Shown one piece after another: positions 37,446 through 46,333 of a stretch of DNA of 64,000 nt; position 1 is the first letter of the stretch; each line of letters starts with the position of its first letter. A program made the translations under genes and the position numbers. Origin of the DNA: a candidate division WWE3 bacterium RIFCSPHIGHO2_01_FULL_40_23. Lineage in GTDB: Bacteria > Patescibacteriota > WWE3 > UBA101185 > 2-01-FULL-41-18. Below the pieces are notes generated by a model. The model worked only from the letters and a program-made list of their open reading frames with translations, ran no database searches and had not been told where the DNA came from. The stretch lies in NCBI GenBank assembly GCA_001772615.1, contig MEUZ01000003.1, positions 350,433 through 414,432 on the forward strand. Reading direction: 5' to 3'.

Positions 37446-38128
37446 CTCACAAGTTCTCCCACTACAAGAAGTCTTAATGTTTTTGAACCAGGCGGGACGC
37501 AAGTCATAAGAATTGCCGTCTTACCGACTCTTGGCTTTTTCAATGGGTTCATATCAAAAACATCCACCTCCGAAGGCTTTAAAACAATTCTTTGAGAAAC
37601 TTTGTAAGTGTAGTCTTTCCCATCGTAGTTCATAGTAAAAGTGTCTCCCTTTGAAAGTTTAGTGAGAGTAGAAAATATAGTTTTATAATCCTTTGGATTA
37701 AAAAAGATCGGAAGAGCGGAATGACCGTATATAAAAACATTTCCCTCTTCCCCGGGCAGCGAAGTACCTTTGTAATGCCCAAGAAAGTTATCGGGAGCAA
37801 GGTTTACCGAATTAGTCTCAACTTTAGCTCCCTTTATCCCAAGCTTTGGAACCGAAAGTGTAAAAACCGCAGGCACATTTTTCACCGAAATTTCTCTTTT
37901 ATCCTCTCTTGAAAGCTCCGAAAAACTAAATTCACTAAATCCTGTCTCCTCCTTTACAACACCTGGAACAATAGGACTAGTAAAAACAGTGCTTAACTTA
38001 AGATTTAAAAAAGGAGATATAATAAAAGTTGCGATAAGCGTTACTCCAAAACCGATTAAAATTAAAGGAAAAATAAAAGAGATAACGAAAAAATGTGTGT
38101 TCGCCCCTGAAAGAAACTTCATAGTCAA
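37442..38128 (-). CDS. Sortase family transpeptidase
   Basis: An N-terminal TM helix, the His motif FIYGHS, the catalytic Cys in ILMTCVP (TLxTC-like), and a downstream Arg. Confidence 0.75.
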   Translation of the reverse strand: MTMKFLSGANTHFFVISFIFPLILIGFGVTLIATFIISPFLNLKLSTVFTSPIVPGVVKEETGFSEFSFSELSREDKREISVKNVPAVFTLSVPKLGIKGAKVETNSVNLAPDNFLGHYKGTSLPGEEGNVFIYGHSALPIFFNPKDYKTIFSTLTKLSKGDTFTMNYDGKDYTYKVSQRIVLKPSEVDVFDMNPLKKPRVGKTAILMTCVPPGSKTLRLLVVGELVS

Positions 38129-38820
38129 ACTGCGATCTTTTCTATAATTAGCGGTATGGCAAGATCGGCTTCCATCTTCCCGCTTTTAAGATTAAGATCC
38201 GTCTCGTAAAAAAGACGGTAAAGCTTTCTCACGTCTTCTTTAGAAAACTTTCCTGCTTGGGATTTTACTTTACTCTTAACAAAGGGATGAAGTTTTTCAA
38301 AAGCTTTTGATTCAAAGAGACAAAAAGCCAAATTTCTGATGGCATAAACACACATCCCCAAAATCTCAAACTCATCATCTCCCTTTTCAAGAAGGACATT
38401 AAGCTCTTTATAAGCCTCTCGTTTATTCTTCCCCATTAGAGAATCAAGAAAATTAAAAACATTTACTTTTATCTCTTTCTTAAACTCTTTTACATTAAAT
38501 TTAAACTTTGAAGCCTCTTTAATAAGGTAATGGGTTTTAGGAAGCGTACTCATTGAATAAAAAATCAGATCATTTCCGGATTTTTTATCAGTTAAAAGGC
38601 CAAAAAGGCCCGGGAAGTCAAAAGCTTTATCCTTAGTTACATCAACCGAGACTACAGACTTCTGTCCGAAAATATCCATAGTCAGGTATCGTGAGGCAAT
38701 TTCGGACGGCGCCAAGTCAGTAGACTTTAAGTCGGTCAATGAAGCACCGCCTGAATTTTTAATATCCAAAATGCTCTGTCTTAAAAGAACAGGGTCGTCT
38801 CCATGGAAAACGTAAATCAT
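38125..38820 (-). CDS. holA: DNA polymerase III delta subunit (HolA), short form
   Basis: The MIYVFHGDDPVLL start and the C-terminal ...LYRLFYETDLNLKSG..DLAIPLIIEKIA are typical of HolA. Confidence 0.6.
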   Translation of the reverse strand: MIYVFHGDDPVLLRQSILDIKNSGGASLTDLKSTDLAPSEIASRYLTMDIFGQKSVVSVDVTKDKAFDFPGLFGLLTDKKSGNDLIFYSMSTLPKTHYLIKEASKFKFNVKEFKKEIKVNVFNFLDSLMGKNKREAYKELNVLLEKGDDEFEILGMCVYAIRNLAFCLFESKAFEKLHPFVKSKVKSQAGKFSKEDVRKLYRLFYETDLNLKSGKMEADLAIPLIIEKIAV

Positions 38821-39884
38821 TAATCTCCGAATAAAAATTTAGAAACGTAAGCATGTATCTGCGAATAGTTTCCCGCTTTTGGTATTAGTACATACGCACC
38901 TCCGTAAAGCGTTGTGTCCTCGGGAGCGTATAATAAACCGCCTTCATCTTGCGAGCTTCTGTCATCAAGCACAATGGATTTGATTTCGGAAAAACCGACA
39001 CTCCTTGCAATATCATAAAGTCCTTGAACTTCAGAAAGCTTTAAATCAGTCTCCACATAAGTATTGTATGTGTCATATAATTCTTTGATTTTAACGGGAT
39101 TTGAGAGAGTTTCCAAAGAGAGCACCTTGTCTCTTATTGCAAGAATGACCTTCTGCTGTCTTTTGGCTCTTGCAAAATCAGTGCCTTCATCATTACCACC
39201 CTTTCTTGATCTTGAAAAGATAAGAGCTGTTTCCGAATCCATCCTCTGAAGACCCGCGTCAAAATGCACATGCTTATATCTACTTTCCTCCGGAAGCGCA
39301 TCCTCCATTCCCTCAATGGGATAAAAGTAATCATCAAAAGAGCGATCAACATTTACGTCAATTCCGCCAAGTATGTCAACCATCTTTTTAAAAGCATTAA
39401 AATCGATGACCGCATAATAATGAATTGGGACGCCAAGAATACCTCCCACAAGCTCGTCCATATCGGACACACCATTTACGGCATAAACGGCGTTAAGCTT
39501 TAGGTAACCTCCGTTTGGAGAATTAACAATAAGATCGCGCGGAAGAGAAATCATAACAATATCTTTTGAAGCTCTTCCAACCGAGGCCACAAGTATCGTA
39601 TCCGTCAGGCCCCCATCTGCCACCCCCTGCCTTCTGTCAAGACCTAAAATCAACACGTTTGTTCTCCCGTCAGTTTCCTTTAGTTCCCTTGGGGAAACAA
39701 AACTTGAAACTAAGGAAACAGAACTTAAAAGAGCGGAGAAACCCTCGCGGTTAAATACAACAAAAACTGCTAAAAGAACAAAGACAAAAAGCAAAACCAA
39801 AAAAGGCTTTAAAAAAGAACCTTTCTTATTCTCCTCTTTGTTTTTTTCCTGCAGATTTACCGCGCCGAGATCTATATACCTCAT
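38820..39884 (-). CDS. LytR-CpsA-Psr (LCP) family cell-wall polymer transferase
   Basis: An N-terminal TM helix and NVLILGLDRR...TDTILVASV...LPRDL, which are LCP signatures. Confidence 0.8.
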   Translation of the reverse strand: MRYIDLGAVNLQEKNKEENKKGSFLKPFLVLLFVFVLLAVFVVFNREGFSALLSSVSLVSSFVSPRELKETDGRTNVLILGLDRRQGVADGGLTDTILVASVGRASKDIVMISLPRDLIVNSPNGGYLKLNAVYAVNGVSDMDELVGGILGVPIHYYAVIDFNAFKKMVDILGGIDVNVDRSFDDYFYPIEGMEDALPEESRYKHVHFDAGLQRMDSETALIFSRSRKGGNDEGTDFARAKRQQKVILAIRDKVLSLETLSNPVKIKELYDTYNTYVETDLKLSEVQGLYDIARSVGFSEIKSIVLDDRSSQDEGGLLYAPEDTTLYGGAYVLIPKAGNYSQIHAYVSKFLFGD

Positions 39885-39933
39885 AAGAACACAAATAATT
39901 AAATATAAACTTTTTTATACTAATCCTTTTTCC

Positions 39934-40608
39934 TCACAAAGATTTTACTATTGAATTATGAAGAAAAACAAAAGAATCGGGGGAAAGACTTGCCTGCCCG
40001 ACCAAAAACCCCGTAAGGCCGAAATCTTTATCAAGTAGCTGATCTATATTTTTTTCATTTACTGAACCTCCGTACAAAAGATCCCTGCTTCCTATAACTT
40101 CTCTTATTTTACTTATGGCTTCGGCCACTGCATCAGGGGGTGTTTCTTTATAACTTTCACCTGAAATATTCAGTGGATCCTCCCATACCAAAACTATCCT
40201 TTCATCAAAATCTTTCCTGAAATCTCTTGGAGACCTTAGGCAAAGTATTGGCATAACTCCTAAAGAAAGGCAGTTTTCAACTTTAAGCAAAACTTTATCA
40301 AAACTCTCCCTGCGCTCGCTATGCCCAACAATAGAATATCTGCAAAAATCTTTGACTTGAAACGCAGAGACCTCCCCCGTATGTGCACCTCCGGGGAATT
40401 CGGACACATCCTGCGCAGAGACGAATACGTTTGAGAGACCATATTTTTCAATTAAATTAAATACATCTGAAAGATAAGCAAGCGAAGGCGATATCGCAAC
40501 ATTAACATTGTCATTAGCCTTGTATTTACCGGCAAAGGAGTCAAACCAGGATTTAATTTCACTTAAATTTTTATTCTGTTTCCAGTTTGCTATCAGAAGC
40601 TTTTTCAT
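39934..40608 (-). CDS. tpiA: Triosephosphate isomerase
   Basis: IANWKQN, IVGHSERR, YGGSVN. Start placed at MKKLLIANWK. Confidence 0.85.
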   Translation of the reverse strand: MKKLLIANWKQNKNLSEIKSWFDSFAGKYKANDNVNVAISPSLAYLSDVFNLIEKYGLSNVFVSAQDVSEFPGGAHTGEVSAFQVKDFCRYSIVGHSERRESFDKVLLKVENCLSLGVMPILCLRSPRDFRKDFDERIVLVWEDPLNISGESYKETPPDAVAEAISKIREVIGSRDLLYGGSVNEKNIDQLLDKDFGLTGFLVGQASLSPDSFVFLHNSIVKSL

Positions 40609-41449
40609 AAATCTTATTAATGTTTGTGTATACAAGATCCGGAAGAGCTTCCAGATCTTCATGCACATAATCGTATCCAAGAGAATTTAAACATGCAAAT
40701 GCGAGAGGAATACTGCTGTAGATTGACTCCGAAAACACACACGAGACCAGCGAGTGAATAAAAACGTTTCCTCCGTTTTCTCCAAGATTTGAACGTGCAC
40801 ACCCCATAGGACATCCCGAACAGGAAGGATTACTACCAGCTTCAATAAGCATTTCGCCAACCTTCCCAAGCATCTCATTATACTGCCTGTCATATCTTTC
40901 CCGATTTTCAATCTGAAAACCGGACGTCGCCGAAACGACAATACCTTTAATACCAGCTTCTCCCAGCTTCTTAGAAAGCCTCTGATCACCAAATGCAAAA
41001 TACCCATCAATCAAAACCGATCCATCTAAAACCTCCACTCCGCACCGTCTTCCTGGAATACCAAGAGATTCCACAGCTGTATCCGCGGGAACCAAAACGG
41101 CGCCAGAGCCGTCAAGAACAAGAACACAAGGTTCCCTTGCCTTTTTTTCCAGTATAAAGGCGTCAACACCGGTATATTTAAGCCTTGTTGAAAGCCTGCC
41201 CCCTCCATAAGTATCCACAAACTTGCCTTCATCTAAAAAAGCCACACAGGTTTTTGATGCATAAGGGAAAAATCCATTTAAAGGACCTATGGAAAAGACA
41301 ATAGGATCCAGATTCTGATAATCAAGTACGAGTTTTGAGGCTGTCCCCACGCCACCAACATATGCTCTTAAATCAGGGTATGACTTCTTTGCCGATTCCC
41401 CCTTTTCCAAATCTACATGAACTACTGTAATACTATCCTCTCTAGACAT
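40571..41449 (-). CDS. Aldehyde:ferredoxin oxidoreductase (AOR) family protein, truncated (N-terminal domain plus CxxCxxxC segment only)
   Basis: AYVGGVGTASKLVLD...IVFSIGPLNGFFPYASKTCVAF aligns with the AOR N-domain. SNPSCSGCPMGCARS matches the AOR 4Fe-4S ligand motif. About 250 residues of the pterin-binding C-terminal domains are absent. Confidence 0.6.
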   Translation of the reverse strand: MSREDSITVVHVDLEKGESAKKSYPDLRAYVGGVGTASKLVLDYQNLDPIVFSIGPLNGFFPYASKTCVAFLDEGKFVDTYGGGRLSTRLKYTGVDAFILEKKAREPCVLVLDGSGAVLVPADTAVESLGIPGRRCGVEVLDGSVLIDGYFAFGDQRLSKKLGEAGIKGIVVSATSGFQIENRERYDRQYNEMLGKVGEMLIEAGSNPSCSGCPMGCARSNLGENGGNVFIHSLVSCVFSESIYSSIPLAFACLNSLGYDYVHEDLEALPDLVYTNINKIYEKASDSKLETE

Positions 41450-41717
41450 CTTCCTCCGCTTTAAACTCAAGCCCCTCTTCCTGGCCACCTTCCTCAACAC
41501 TAAAACATCCCTTGGGGCAGATCTCCGAAATTTTATTTACATCAAGATCATTTACCGACGGATCAAGATGAATATCATACCCTTTTTTTCCTCCCATAAT
41601 CCTTATCGGAGAGCCTTCAAAAGAAGCTTTTCCAACCTGTCTCTGCGCCGCCAAAACGCAAAGCTCACATCCGATACATTTTTCGGGAAAGGAAACCTTT
41701 AGTATTTTTTTATTCAT
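41442..41717 (-). CDS. 4Fe-4S ferredoxin
   Basis: CIGCELC...ICPKGC. 91 aa. Confidence 0.7.
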   Translation of the reverse strand: MNKKILKVSFPEKCIGCELCVLAAQRQVGKASFEGSPIRIMGGKKGYDIHLDPSVNDLDVNKISEICPKGCFSVEEGGQEEGLEFKAEEDV

Positions 41718-42747
41718 AAAAATTAAGGGCTAAAAGGCCTGGAAGCTTGTTTCCTGAAATATACTCAAGCATTGCCCCGCCGCCCATCGAAACAAAGCTC
41801 ATTTTATCTGTAATTTTAAGTTTATTCAAAGCCTCTATTGTATCGCCTCCTCCAACAAGACTAAACGCCTTGCTGTTAATAATCGCCTCCGCTATTTCCT
41901 TTGTACCTGATAAATAAGCGTCATCTTCTATTTTCCCCATAGGCCCGTTCCAAATAACAGTTTTTGCGGTATCAATTACATTGCTAAACATTTTAACTGT
42001 TTTAGGACCTATGTCCTCTTTGTCCCCAAGATAATCAATGGGAACAAGGATTTTGTAATTATTGTCAGTTTCATAGTTAATTCCAAGCCTTCCACCAAGA
42101 AGGACAAAGTCCGAAATCTTTAAAAATTTTGAGATAACGGGAAGCTTGGTTTCAAGCTTAATGCCTCCAAAAACCGCAACAAGTGGAGTTTCATAATTTG
42201 AGATAACTTTATTTATATTTTCAATTTCCCTTTCAAGCCTAAAGCCAGAGTAAGCATCTAAAAATTTCGGAACCTGTGAGATTGAAGCGTGCTCCCTGTG
42301 AGAAGTTGCAAAACACTCATTTACGTAAAGGTCCCCAAAGGAAGCTATGTCCTTGGCAAAGTTCTCATCATTTTTTTCCTCCCTTGGATCAAACCTTAAA
42401 TTCTCAAGAAGAAGAATGGTCCCGTCTTCCATCACTTTTAAAGTCTGATATAACTCTGTGCCTAAAGCTACATTTAGTTTTATAACGTCGTAACCTAAAG
42501 AAGTAAGGTACTCGGCAATAGGTGTAAGCCTTAACTCTTCTACAATTTTCCCTTCGGGCCTCCCAAGATGCCCCATCAAGATAACCTTCACGTTTCTTAA
42601 GACAAGGTAGTCAAGCGTCTCTCTCATTGCCTCAAGTCTTGAAGGATCGGTAATTACCCCATCTTGCACAGGCACATCAAGATCTCCTCGTACTAAAACG
42701 CGCTTTCCCTGAAGAAGAATTTTATTGAGCTTGTTTAGAGAGTCCAT
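41710..42747 (-). CDS. pgk: Phosphoglycerate kinase
   Basis: RVLVRGDLDVPV, 345 aa (somewhat short). Confidence 0.85.
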   Translation of the reverse strand: MDSLNKLNKILLQGKRVLVRGDLDVPVQDGVITDPSRLEAMRETLDYLVLRNVKVILMGHLGRPEGKIVEELRLTPIAEYLTSLGYDVIKLNVALGTELYQTLKVMEDGTILLLENLRFDPREEKNDENFAKDIASFGDLYVNECFATSHREHASISQVPKFLDAYSGFRLEREIENINKVISNYETPLVAVFGGIKLETKLPVISKFLKISDFVLLGGRLGINYETDNNYKILVPIDYLGDKEDIGPKTVKMFSNVIDTAKTVIWNGPMGKIEDDAYLSGTKEIAEAIINSKAFSLVGGGDTIEALNKLKITDKMSFVSMGGGAMLEYISGNKLPGLLALNFYE

Positions 42748-42930
42748 AGCAGGATAAATTCCTTTAAAACTGTGCCTTTAATTATAGTCCAAACCTTGAC
42801 CAAGTACATAAACCTATAGTGCAAATGAGAATTCCTTAACTGTAGGTTGACCCACTATCCAATCAATATTACAATATATATTGTACATACAGCTTCTACC
42901 AAATCAACAACCCCCAATAAATGCACCTAG

Positions 42931-43264
42931 ATGGTTTATGAAATTGATCAATCGGGAAAAATTGAGGACACTTCGAAGGATACTGTCCTTTGCATATCAA
43001 ATGGCTATTACTTATCAGTTAAATTAAAGGCGAAGACTAAAAGGCAGTTACAGAAAATATTTAGAAAAAACGGCCAAACTAGAAATTAAGAACGAATGCG
43101 ACCCGGATATTCATTTTAACTCAATAGGTAAGAAGTCAAGAGCACACCTGCGAGCTAAGGAAGTAGCAAAAGGAAAAATTAAACCTAAAAAAATTGTAAG
43201 CCTTAAGGATATTTTAAGAGAGCTTAATGTGACCGAGGTCGGTAAACGACTTGCGAATGCTTAA
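42931..43264 (+). pseudogene. Possible frameshifted small ORF (two adjacent reading frames of about 52 and about 60 codons)
   Basis: MVYEIDQSGKIEDTSKDTVLCISNGYYLSVKLKAKTKRQLQKIFRKNGQTRN* is followed in the +1 frame by ...KLEIKNECDPDIHFNSIGKKSRAHLRAKEVAKGKIKPKKIVSLKDILRELNVTEVGKRLANA*. Promoter-like TTGACC..TATAGT boxes lie upstream. Confidence 0.3.
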
Positions 43265-43358
43265 GCCAGAGCTGATTTTGCAACAAGTGCAAACTACACC
43301 TTCTGTGGGTCGGCATCCACTCGGTCAAGAAACAATATAGCAATATCCGTTGCTTCAG

Positions 43359-44462
43359 TCAAGACTTGACAACTTCGCTAACCATTTCAACAAGCCTGTT
43401 GGAGTAGCCCCATTCGTTGTCATACCAAGCAACAACTTTAAGAAGATCCCCGTCAATAACTTTAGTTAAAGACAAATCAACAATTGCCGAATATGGTGAG
43501 CCTATAACATCCGATGACACAAACGGCTCATAAGTTGCATCAATTACGTTTTTATACAGGGGATTTTTCTTAGCTTCCAAAAACGCTTCATTTACTTCCT
43601 CAACCGTCACTTCCCTTTTAACAAGCATTGTGAAATCCGATAAAGAACCGGTCATGACGGGAGCCCTAACTGAAAGCCCGTCAAACAAACCTTTCAGCTC
43701 CGGAATAACTTCAGTAGTAGAAACCGCGGCACCGGTTGTTGTTGGAACCAGATTAAATCCCGCTGCTCTTGCTCTTCTTAAATCATGGTGTAGAGGGGGC
43801 GGAGGCCCGTCCACAATCATCTGCTCTGCGGTAATAGCGTGAATTGTAGTCATGGAAGCTTTTAAAATCCCAAACTTTGAGTGAATTATTCCCGCAACCG
43901 GTGAAATGCAGTTTGTGGTGCAGGAAGCGTTTGATACAACTTCCTCGCCCAGGTATTTGTCAGAATTTACTCCAAGAAGATAAGTCTGAACTGAACCGCC
44001 CTTGGCGGGAGCCGAGATTATAACCTTTTTAGCACCGGCCTTAACATGTACCGCGGCATCATTATTGTTTGTATATCTTCCGGTGCACTCAAGCACAACA
44101 TCAATACTTAAATTTTTCCATGGAAGAAGCGCGGGATCCTTCTGCGATAAAACCAGAGTTTTTTTACCGTTAACTAAAAGGTGCGCCTCACCTCCTGAAG
44201 CAGCCTCAAAATGCTTTTTCTCGGGAGTGTTTCCTTCAACGTGGAATGTACTTCCTCCCTCTTCAACTTTCACTTCTTTATCATAAATGCCATAAACCGT
44301 GTCATATTTTAAAAGATGAGCTAAAACTTTGGCATCTGTAAGATCATTAACCGCTACAATTTCTATATCGGGTTTATCAAAGGCAATTTTAAAGGCGGCC
44401 CGGCCGATTCTGCCAAAGCCGTTAATAGCTACTCTTATGGGCATAGGTATTTTTCCCATCAT
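43359..44462 (-). CDS. gap: Glyceraldehyde-3-phosphate dehydrogenase
   Basis: VAINGFGRIGR and the catalytic SCTTNC. The start may be the internal MPIRVAING (44444). Confidence 0.9.
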   Translation of the reverse strand: MMGKIPMPIRVAINGFGRIGRAAFKIAFDKPDIEIVAVNDLTDAKVLAHLLKYDTVYGIYDKEVKVEEGGSTFHVEGNTPEKKHFEAASGGEAHLLVNGKKTLVLSQKDPALLPWKNLSIDVVLECTGRYTNNNDAAVHVKAGAKKVIISAPAKGGSVQTYLLGVNSDKYLGEEVVSNASCTTNCISPVAGIIHSKFGILKASMTTIHAITAEQMIVDGPPPPLHHDLRRARAAGFNLVPTTTGAAVSTTEVIPELKGLFDGLSVRAPVMTGSLSDFTMLVKREVTVEEVNEAFLEAKKNPLYKNVIDATYEPFVSSDVIGSPYSAIVDLSLTKVIDGDLLKVVAWYDNEWGYSNRLVEMVSEVVKS

Positions 44463-44475
44463 CCAGGACCCAGCA

Positions 44476-44590
44476 TGTCATTCTGGCGAAAGCCAGAATC
44501 TAAAATGGTCATCGCGAGTCCACCAGCCGGCGGACGTGGCGATCTCTAGAGATTGCTATTCGAACTTCGTTCGAACGCTCGCAAAGACAA
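44476..44590. repeat. Palindromic repeat family copy R3 (compound)
   Basis: tgtcattctggcgaaagccagaatct...gattgctattcgaacttcgttcgaacgctcgcaaag. The second half resembles R1. Confidence 0.6.
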
Positions 44591-44629
44591 GATGCGTATC
44601 AGGAGTCTGAACTCTTACCTTTCCACCAA

Positions 44630-44899
44630 CTATTTGGCAAGAACTGAATCCAGCCAGTTTTTAAACATATCTCTTGTCATCGCGCCAATCTTTCTGTCAA
44701 TCTCCTTCTCGTCTTTAAGAATTACATAAGTCGGGATACTCATAACACCGTACTTTCCAGCCGCTTCCCCATTTGTATCAACGTCAATTTTACTAAACTT
44801 GATTTTACCCGCGTAAAGCTTTTCCGCTTCTTCAATTATCGGCTTCATTGCATGACACGGCCCGCACCAATCTGCAAAAAAATCAATAAATTCAAACAT
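44630..44899 (-). CDS. trxA: Thioredoxin (short, 89 aa)
   Basis: The WCGPC active site, with a strong AGGAGG RBS upstream. Confidence 0.8.
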   Translation of the reverse strand: MFEFIDFFADWCGPCHAMKPIIEEAEKLYAGKIKFSKIDVDTNGEAAGKYGVMSIPTYVILKDEKEIDRKIGAMTRDMFKNWLDSVLAK

Positions 44900-44941
44900 A
44901 TTTTATTCCTCCTAGGTGTGTATGATAACATACAATTTACC

Positions 44942-45946
44942 ATGCATAACAGTTTTAAAATCCCGGCTTTGTTAACTGTGCTTGCCGCTATCATATTTTC
45001 CGTCCTTGCCACCTTTAAAATTTACAGAGAAGGGAAACTCCCAAACATACTTGCCAAAGCTTCAAAGGAAGAATCGGTACTCGCTAACACAAAGACAAAT
45101 AGTGACCTGTACAGAAAAACTTTAAGAAAATTTTACGTTTTGGATAAGGACCTTAAATTTAACGAACCGACCGAATCGGCTTACCCGATAGAAATAAAGG
45201 CCAACAATGCTCTTGTCCTTGATCTTTCAGAAGGAGAGATCCTTTTTGAAAAAGATCTGAAAGAAAGGGTTCCTATAGCTTCCCTGGTTAAAATAATGAC
45301 TACCATTATTGCCCTTGAGCACAAAGACACTGAAGATGAAATGACCGTAAGCGAAAAAGCCGGTTTGACAGGAGAAAACTCAATGGAGATCACCGCCGGT
45401 GAAACCTACACTTTAAGGGAGCTCCTTTACGGGTTAATCTTGCATTCAGGAAATGACGCGGCCGTAGCAATTGCAGAAAACACAGCCGAAAGTGAAGAAA
45501 ACTTTGTTGAATGGATGAACATTAAGGCGGGAGAGCTTGGGCTTTCAGATACAAAATTTTATGATGCAAGCGGTTTAAATGATAATAGCTACAGCACCGC
45601 GTATGATCTAGCCAAACTTACAAGATACGCAATGAAAAACCCCGACTTTAAAGAGGTAGTTAAAACTCTTGAATATGAAATCCTGCCGACTGAAAAACAC
45701 AAATATATTTACCTTTACAACCAGACAAACCTGTTAAGATCGTACCCGGGTGTTGAAGGTGTTAAAACCGGCTTTACCGAAGAGGCGGGGCTTTGCCTTG
45801 TGACATATGTAAAGTATGGGGATAAAGAGCTTATAGGAGTGGTTCTTGGAAGCTCCGACAGAAAATACGACATGGTTTTAATGCTTGACTACGCCTTTGA
45901 GAAGCTTGGGATTAAGGCAGACCACCCGCTTATTACGGTTCAATAG
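44942..45946 (+). CDS. D-alanyl-D-alanine carboxypeptidase (serine-type, PBP5-like)
   Basis: The SxxK motif (ASLVKIM), SGN (HSGNDAA), KTG (KTGFT), and an N-terminal TM anchor. Confidence 0.75.
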   Translation: MHNSFKIPALLTVLAAIIFSVLATFKIYREGKLPNILAKASKEESVLANTKTNSDLYRKTLRKFYVLDKDLKFNEPTESAYPIEIKANNALVLDLSEGEILFEKDLKERVPIASLVKIMTTIIALEHKDTEDEMTVSEKAGLTGENSMEITAGETYTLRELLYGLILHSGNDAAVAIAENTAESEENFVEWMNIKAGELGLSDTKFYDASGLNDNSYSTAYDLAKLTRYAMKNPDFKEVVKTLEYEILPTEKHKYIYLYNQTNLLRSYPGVEGVKTGFTEEAGLCLVTYVKYGDKELIGVVLGSSDRKYDMVLMLDYAFEKLGIKADHPLITVQ

Positions 45947-46195
45947 CGGAAAAGAAATCGCTTGAAATAAGCGCCCAGCCCCATTTTTTACAAAACTCAC
46001 CCGCGGAGATGTAAGGAGCACTTTGGCAACGGCCTCGGCCCGCCTCAGAGCCAGAGATCTGCCCGGAAGCATATCCCACTTCCAAAGCCAGATAAGGGGC
46101 CTAAGCACCAGCTCGTAAAAGGCTCCGAAAGACAAGAACATCAAAGCCAAAATGCCAAGGGGGTTATAGAAAACCCCGAGAATTTGGTCAAACAT
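45878..46195 (-). CDS. Small membrane protein, hypothetical (higher GC; 3' end overlaps the dacA-like gene)
   Basis: A strong RBS aaggagagaaac lies upstream of the ATG at 46195. Hydrophobic N-terminus. Confidence 0.35.
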   Translation of the reverse strand: MFDQILGVFYNPLGILALMFLSFGAFYELVLRPLIWLWKWDMLPGRSLALRRAEAVAKVLLTSPRVSFVKNGAGRLFQAISFPLLNRNKRVVCLNPKLLKGVVKH

Positions 46196-46333
46196 GGTTT
46201 CTCTCCTTCTGTTTGTTTGAGTGCCGGTTTTCAGAGATTATACCCTATAGTTATATACGCGTGCAAGTACCCCACTCCGCCGACAACTTTTAGGTGAGTC
46301 GAAAAGCCCAATTGTGCTAAACTTTTACACGCA

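Noticed and set aside
40571-41500. Calling the AOR-like ORF a full-length functional tungsten enzyme
   Set aside because: The ORF is about 290 aa against about 600 for AOR, and the pterin-binding C-terminal domains are absent. tpiA begins within its 3' end, so there is no room for the missing domains.
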